A stretch of DNA of 64,000 bases from Candidatus Magasanikiibacteriota bacterium (lineage in GTDB: Bacteria; Patescibacteriota; Patescibacteriia; Magasanikbacterales; GWA2-37-8), in contig CAWJAS010000002.1 in NCBI GenBank assembly GCA_963840935.1, forward strand, positions 71,333 to 135,332. Direction: 5' to 3'. Both the position numbers and the translations under genes were made by a program. Positions 60,418-64,000 of the stretch are shown here, piece after piece. The notes under the pieces were generated by a model that saw only the letters and a list, made by a program, of their open reading frames with translations, did not search any database and was not told the origin of the DNA. The first letter of the stretch is position 1, and the number at the start of each line of letters is the position of its first letter.

Positions 60418-60993
60418 ATGGAATTCAACAACGCTCTTATCGGCCTAATAGCCGGTTTTGTGTCGCTAATCGGCTTCATACCCTATATTATCTCGATAAT
60501 TCGTGGGAAAACGCGTCCCAACCGGGCGTCTTGGTGGATTTGGTCGTTTATCGGTTTTCTGCTTCTGGCAAGCTATGCCGCGTCAGGGGCGACCGATACA
60601 ATTTGGGTTCCGATAAGCTATGTGATTGGCCCATTTATTACCGCCCTTCTTTCCATCAAATATGGCGAAGGGGGGTGGAATATTTTTGACCGCTCATGCA
60701 TTCTTGTGGCTACTTCAAGCGCGGTCCTCTGGTTCATCTTTGATTCGGCGCTGATCGCTCTTGTCATCAATCTTGCCATAGATACAAGTGGCGCTTTGCC
60801 GACGATAAGAAAGGTTTATCTCGATCCAGACAGCGAAGATAAACTTTCATGGTTTTTATTTTGCACCGGAAGCGGACTCAACTTACTTGCGATAAACGAA
60901 TGGTCGTTTGTTATCGCTTCATACCCTCTTTACTTGTTCATTGGAAGCAGTGTTATTACTTCGCTAATTTTTTTCAAACGGCGTAAAAAATAA
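60418..60993 (+). CDS. Multi-pass membrane protein
   Basis: PYIISIIRGKTRPNRASW...PTIRKVYLDPDSE internal duplication, about 6 TM helices. Confidence 0.75.
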   Translation: MEFNNALIGLIAGFVSLIGFIPYIISIIRGKTRPNRASWWIWSFIGFLLLASYAASGATDTIWVPISYVIGPFITALLSIKYGEGGWNIFDRSCILVATSSAVLWFIFDSALIALVINLAIDTSGALPTIRKVYLDPDSEDKLSWFLFCTGSGLNLLAINEWSFVIASYPLYLFIGSSVITSLIFFKRRKK

Positions 60994-61045
60994 AAAAGTT
61001 CATCCAACAAAAAAGACCTCCCTTAAAGGAGGTCTTTATCTTTTT

Positions 61046-61873
61046 TTACACAACTGCTCCATCTATTTTTATTTTTCCCATTTTAAAATTTTCATTCTCA
61101 GAAAGCACCGCGCTTACTTCATTTATTATTTTTTCTAAATCTTTTTCATCTTTGGCAAAAATAATTATCACAAAAGGAAAAGCGGAACTGAATAATTCGC
61201 CAAAACCGTGACTACCAAAAGCAATATTAACTGCTATCCGCAATTCTTCGTTCGCATATTCATCAGGCAAATATGCTCGTTCAATCACAAACCCCATTGG
61301 CAATCCAATTTCTACATTCGGATTAAAACCTCCGATTGCATCATAATAGACAACGCGCGCATTATGGAAATCTACCGGCCTCTCCATATCTCCGGCCAAA
61401 ATGTGAGTTCGCTCAGCCGGGTGACCCATTTCTTTAATTTTATCCGCCAATTTATCAGACCACATTTTGGCATACTCCTCAATTTTAAAAGCCAAATTTT
61501 CATGAGTATTCGCATCAGGAAAATCCCGTTTATAAGCGATGCCCGCTGCCCCACACCCGCCGTGGCTGGTTATATTTGTAACACCTTGCTCGATCATCAA
61601 TTTAGCAACTTTTTCCAATCTATCTGCTTCATTATCGGCCGTAAATAATATTCCGCTTCCGCCAATGCAAAATTTTGCTTCTCCGTTAATGTCTTTGTGC
61701 GCCGTGCCTTCATCCATGCAAACAACACATTTCTGCGGGCTCCTAAAAGCGCGTTTAATATCCGGAAATTCTCTTTCAAAAAAAGATGATGCTCCCAATT
61801 CATATAATTTTTCTAAATCAGAATTTTCCAATTCAAAGGTAAGCCCTTTTTCTTTGATAATTTCATTATCCAT
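61046..61873 (-). CDS. Hypothetical protein with carbonic-anhydrase-like Cys/His/Cys motif
   Basis: CMDEG...TSHGGCGAA. Confidence 0.55.
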   Translation of the reverse strand: MDNEIIKEKGLTFELENSDLEKLYELGASSFFEREFPDIKRAFRSPQKCVVCMDEGTAHKDINGEAKFCIGGSGILFTADNEADRLEKVAKLMIEQGVTNITSHGGCGAAGIAYKRDFPDANTHENLAFKIEEYAKMWSDKLADKIKEMGHPAERTHILAGDMERPVDFHNARVVYYDAIGGFNPNVEIGLPMGFVIERAYLPDEYANEELRIAVNIAFGSHGFGELFSSAFPFVIIIFAKDEKDLEKIINEVSAVLSENENFKMGKIKIDGAVV

Positions 61874-62165
61874 AACTAAAATAATATATAATTAATGATA
61901 ATAGTTTACCTAAAATATCGCTTTCAAGTCAAGTAAAAAAAATTTTCACATCTAACACGCTAACCTGTGCATAACTTTGCTTGACGCTATTCACATTTTT
62001 ATAATAGCACTATATAATATAAGTAGGTCGATTGAGGTTTGTGCCGAATGCTTGTTGGCAAAAACTTCAAAAAAAATTTAAAAATAATTTTTTTCTCGCG
62101 ATCGCGAGTTTGAAAAAAATTTCATCTGCTTCGCATTTTCGCGAAGATGAAAGGAGGTGTCAACT

Positions 62166-62291
62166 ATGCCAGCTAAAAAGAAAGCCGCCAAAAAGAAACC
62201 GGCCAAAAAGAAAGTAGCCAAGAAAAAAGTGGCCAAGAAAGTAACAAAAAAGAAACCGGCAAAACGAAAAGCCGCCAAGAAACGCAAATAG
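62166..62291 (+). CDS. Small histone H1-like Lys/Ala-rich protein (41 aa)
   Basis: AAGGAGGT SD; MPAKKKAAKKKPAKKKVAKKKVAKKVTKKKPAKRKAAKKRK; terminator at 62300-62333. Confidence 0.85.
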   Translation: MPAKKKAAKKKPAKKKVAKKKVAKKVTKKKPAKRKAAKKRK

Positions 62292-62337
62292 TCTTGGAAA
62301 ACAAACCACCTCGCATGTGCGAGGTGGTTTTTTGATA

Positions 62338-63615
62338 TTAAATAAGCAAACGACTTTGACTACTACTGTTTTTTTGAGGAAATAAATCAAAACGTCCGTA
62401 TATTCCATCATAACCCGGATACAAGCTTATTTTCCCCGACCGCATATTTTCTATGGCCAAAGCTAAATCGGAATTAACGACCGCTTGCTGAATATTTTCA
62501 ATCGGTTCATCAATCAATATGTTGAATTCGTCGCCAAATTTTGATACCAACCTTTCGTATTCGGCCATTACTTTTTTGCTTTTTACGCCGGCGCCATGAA
62601 CAAAAGATATTATTTCAATCAAAGGCACAATATATTTGTGAGGAATAAATTTATTTTTTATAATATCTTTTGTTTCACGGTCGGATAAATCTTCGACGCG
62701 ATGCAAAACTCCGACCGTTAATTTCCTTTTGCACTCGGGGCAAATAAATTTTTCTTTTTTTGTTTGTTTCGGAGAAAAACATACTTTGCAATCAGCGTGT
62801 CCATCAAAATGATATTTGCCCTCTTCGGGAAAAAATTCAATCGTAAACAAAAACTTTTTTCTGTCACCTTGTTTTATTATTTTACATATATTGTCATAAG
62901 TAATTTCTGATTCATTTTCAAATTCAAAAACATTCGCTTCGCGCCCTAATTTTTCCAAGCTATGCGCGTCTGAATTTGACACCAATGTATAACGGTCAAG
63001 CGCGCTCCACAATCTATTCATTGGCGGGTCGCTCGACAAACCGGTTTCTAGCGCGCATATATGCGGAGATAAATCTTCAAAACAATCTTCAACACTATCA
63101 TAACCGGACTTCGAACCAAATATTGAAAACCACGGCGTCCATACGTGGGCCGGAATCATCAAAAAATGTTCGTCTATTTCTAAAAGCATTTGCAAAACTT
63201 GCTTTGCGCTTAACCCCATAATAGGTCGGCCGTCAGATCGCAAATTTACACCCTTTTCTTCCAGGGCATTATTTAATTTTTCCACGGCTTCAATGTTAGG
63301 CGCGAGAATGACCAAGTGCAAACGCCGAGTAGCCTCTTTGTGCTTGTAAATGCACGATACTTCCGTAGAAAGTATGAATTTTGTCTTTTGTTGCCCAATA
63401 CTTGATGGTTTTCCTTTTATATGATACAATCCTTTGTTGGCCGGAATTAGCGTTTCTTTGATATGCTCAAGCCATTTAGGATGCGTAAAATCACCGGTAG
63501 CGCATATATTTATTCCCTTTTTTTGACAGGCTAAATCGATTTTTGGCAATTCTAAATTAGGCGAACAAGCCCGTGAATATTTGGAATGAATATGTAAATC
63601 CAAGATTTGTCGCAT
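62338..63615 (-). CDS. PHP-domain endonuclease Q-family protein
   Basis: DLHIHSKYSRACS, TGDFTHPKW, PAHVWTPWFS, ETGLSSDP, SNSDAHS, EEGKYH, PGYDGIYG. Confidence 0.9.
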   Translation of the reverse strand: MRQILDLHIHSKYSRACSPNLELPKIDLACQKKGINICATGDFTHPKWLEHIKETLIPANKGLYHIKGKPSSIGQQKTKFILSTEVSCIYKHKEATRRLHLVILAPNIEAVEKLNNALEEKGVNLRSDGRPIMGLSAKQVLQMLLEIDEHFLMIPAHVWTPWFSIFGSKSGYDSVEDCFEDLSPHICALETGLSSDPPMNRLWSALDRYTLVSNSDAHSLEKLGREANVFEFENESEITYDNICKIIKQGDRKKFLFTIEFFPEEGKYHFDGHADCKVCFSPKQTKKEKFICPECKRKLTVGVLHRVEDLSDRETKDIIKNKFIPHKYIVPLIEIISFVHGAGVKSKKVMAEYERLVSKFGDEFNILIDEPIENIQQAVVNSDLALAIENMRSGKISLYPGYDGIYGRFDLFPQKNSSSQSRLLI

Positions 63616-63677
63616 ATTAATATGTTACTGTCGCGCTTACATAATATCATTAGTCACTTTTAAGGTCAAAATTAAAT

Positions 63678-64000
63678 ATGTACATGAATTATTTATCATA
63701 CATCAATCAAATTACGGAAATTTGTCGTAAAAATAACCATCATTTAATAAACATCGGGATGATTAATAACCATCCTCTCTTGATGATTGTTGCTGGAAAT
63801 GTAAAATCTAAAAATGTAATTTGCTTCAGCGCCGGAATTCATGGCAACGAAATATCCGGGCCTCTGGCTGTGCTTGATTTTTTAAACCAATACCGCGCAT
63901 CAAAAAATGATCCAAAAATAATTATTTTCCCTGTTGCGAACCCTGTCGGGTTTAATGATAACACATACTTTGTGCGTGATGGACAAAATCTGAACAGAAA
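63678..64000 (+). CDS. M14-family / succinylglutamate desuccinylase-like metallohydrolase (partial)
   Basis: Manual translation: FSAGIHGNEISG...FPVANPVGF...NLNR; runs off the window. Confidence 0.85.
   Translation, partial: MYMNYLSYINQITEICRKNNHHLINIGMINNHPLLMIVAGNVKSKNVICFSAGIHGNEISGPLAVLDFLNQYRASKNDPKIIIFPVANPVGFNDNTYFVRDGQNLNR

Overview
Chromosomal window from a low-GC bacterium whose gene complement and style (PilB-type ATPase, pilin-like protein, DUF4012, giant GIGTxTP-repeat surface protein, mostly SD-less core genes) suggest Patescibacteria/CPR (Parcubacteria); the taxonomy is inference. It holds housekeeping genes (uvrA, secG, rnj, rnpB, miaA, miaB, thrS with a T-box, ftsH, rpsA, gyrA, rpmF, nusB, rnc), four tRNAs, a surface-polysaccharide cluster and a cell-surface locus (3662-aa adhesin-like protein, WxL-like pair, dockerin and cohesins). 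The most unusual features are: (1) a promoter-to-terminator unit at ~55.6-57.15 kb with a GC-rich Zn-finger-like ORF followed by ~850 nt of structured non-coding sequence built from repeated SD/mini-ORF/RNA-motif units; (2) two tRNA genes each bracketed by copies of their own 5' and 3' ends and followed by a shared structured element carrying a tRNA-specific antisense T-arm segment; (3) palindromic repeat elements inserted in-frame in glycosyltransferase genes; (4) single-base frameshifts in gyrA and rnc, probably sequencing errors. No database searches were run; all calls come from motif recognition and manual reading.
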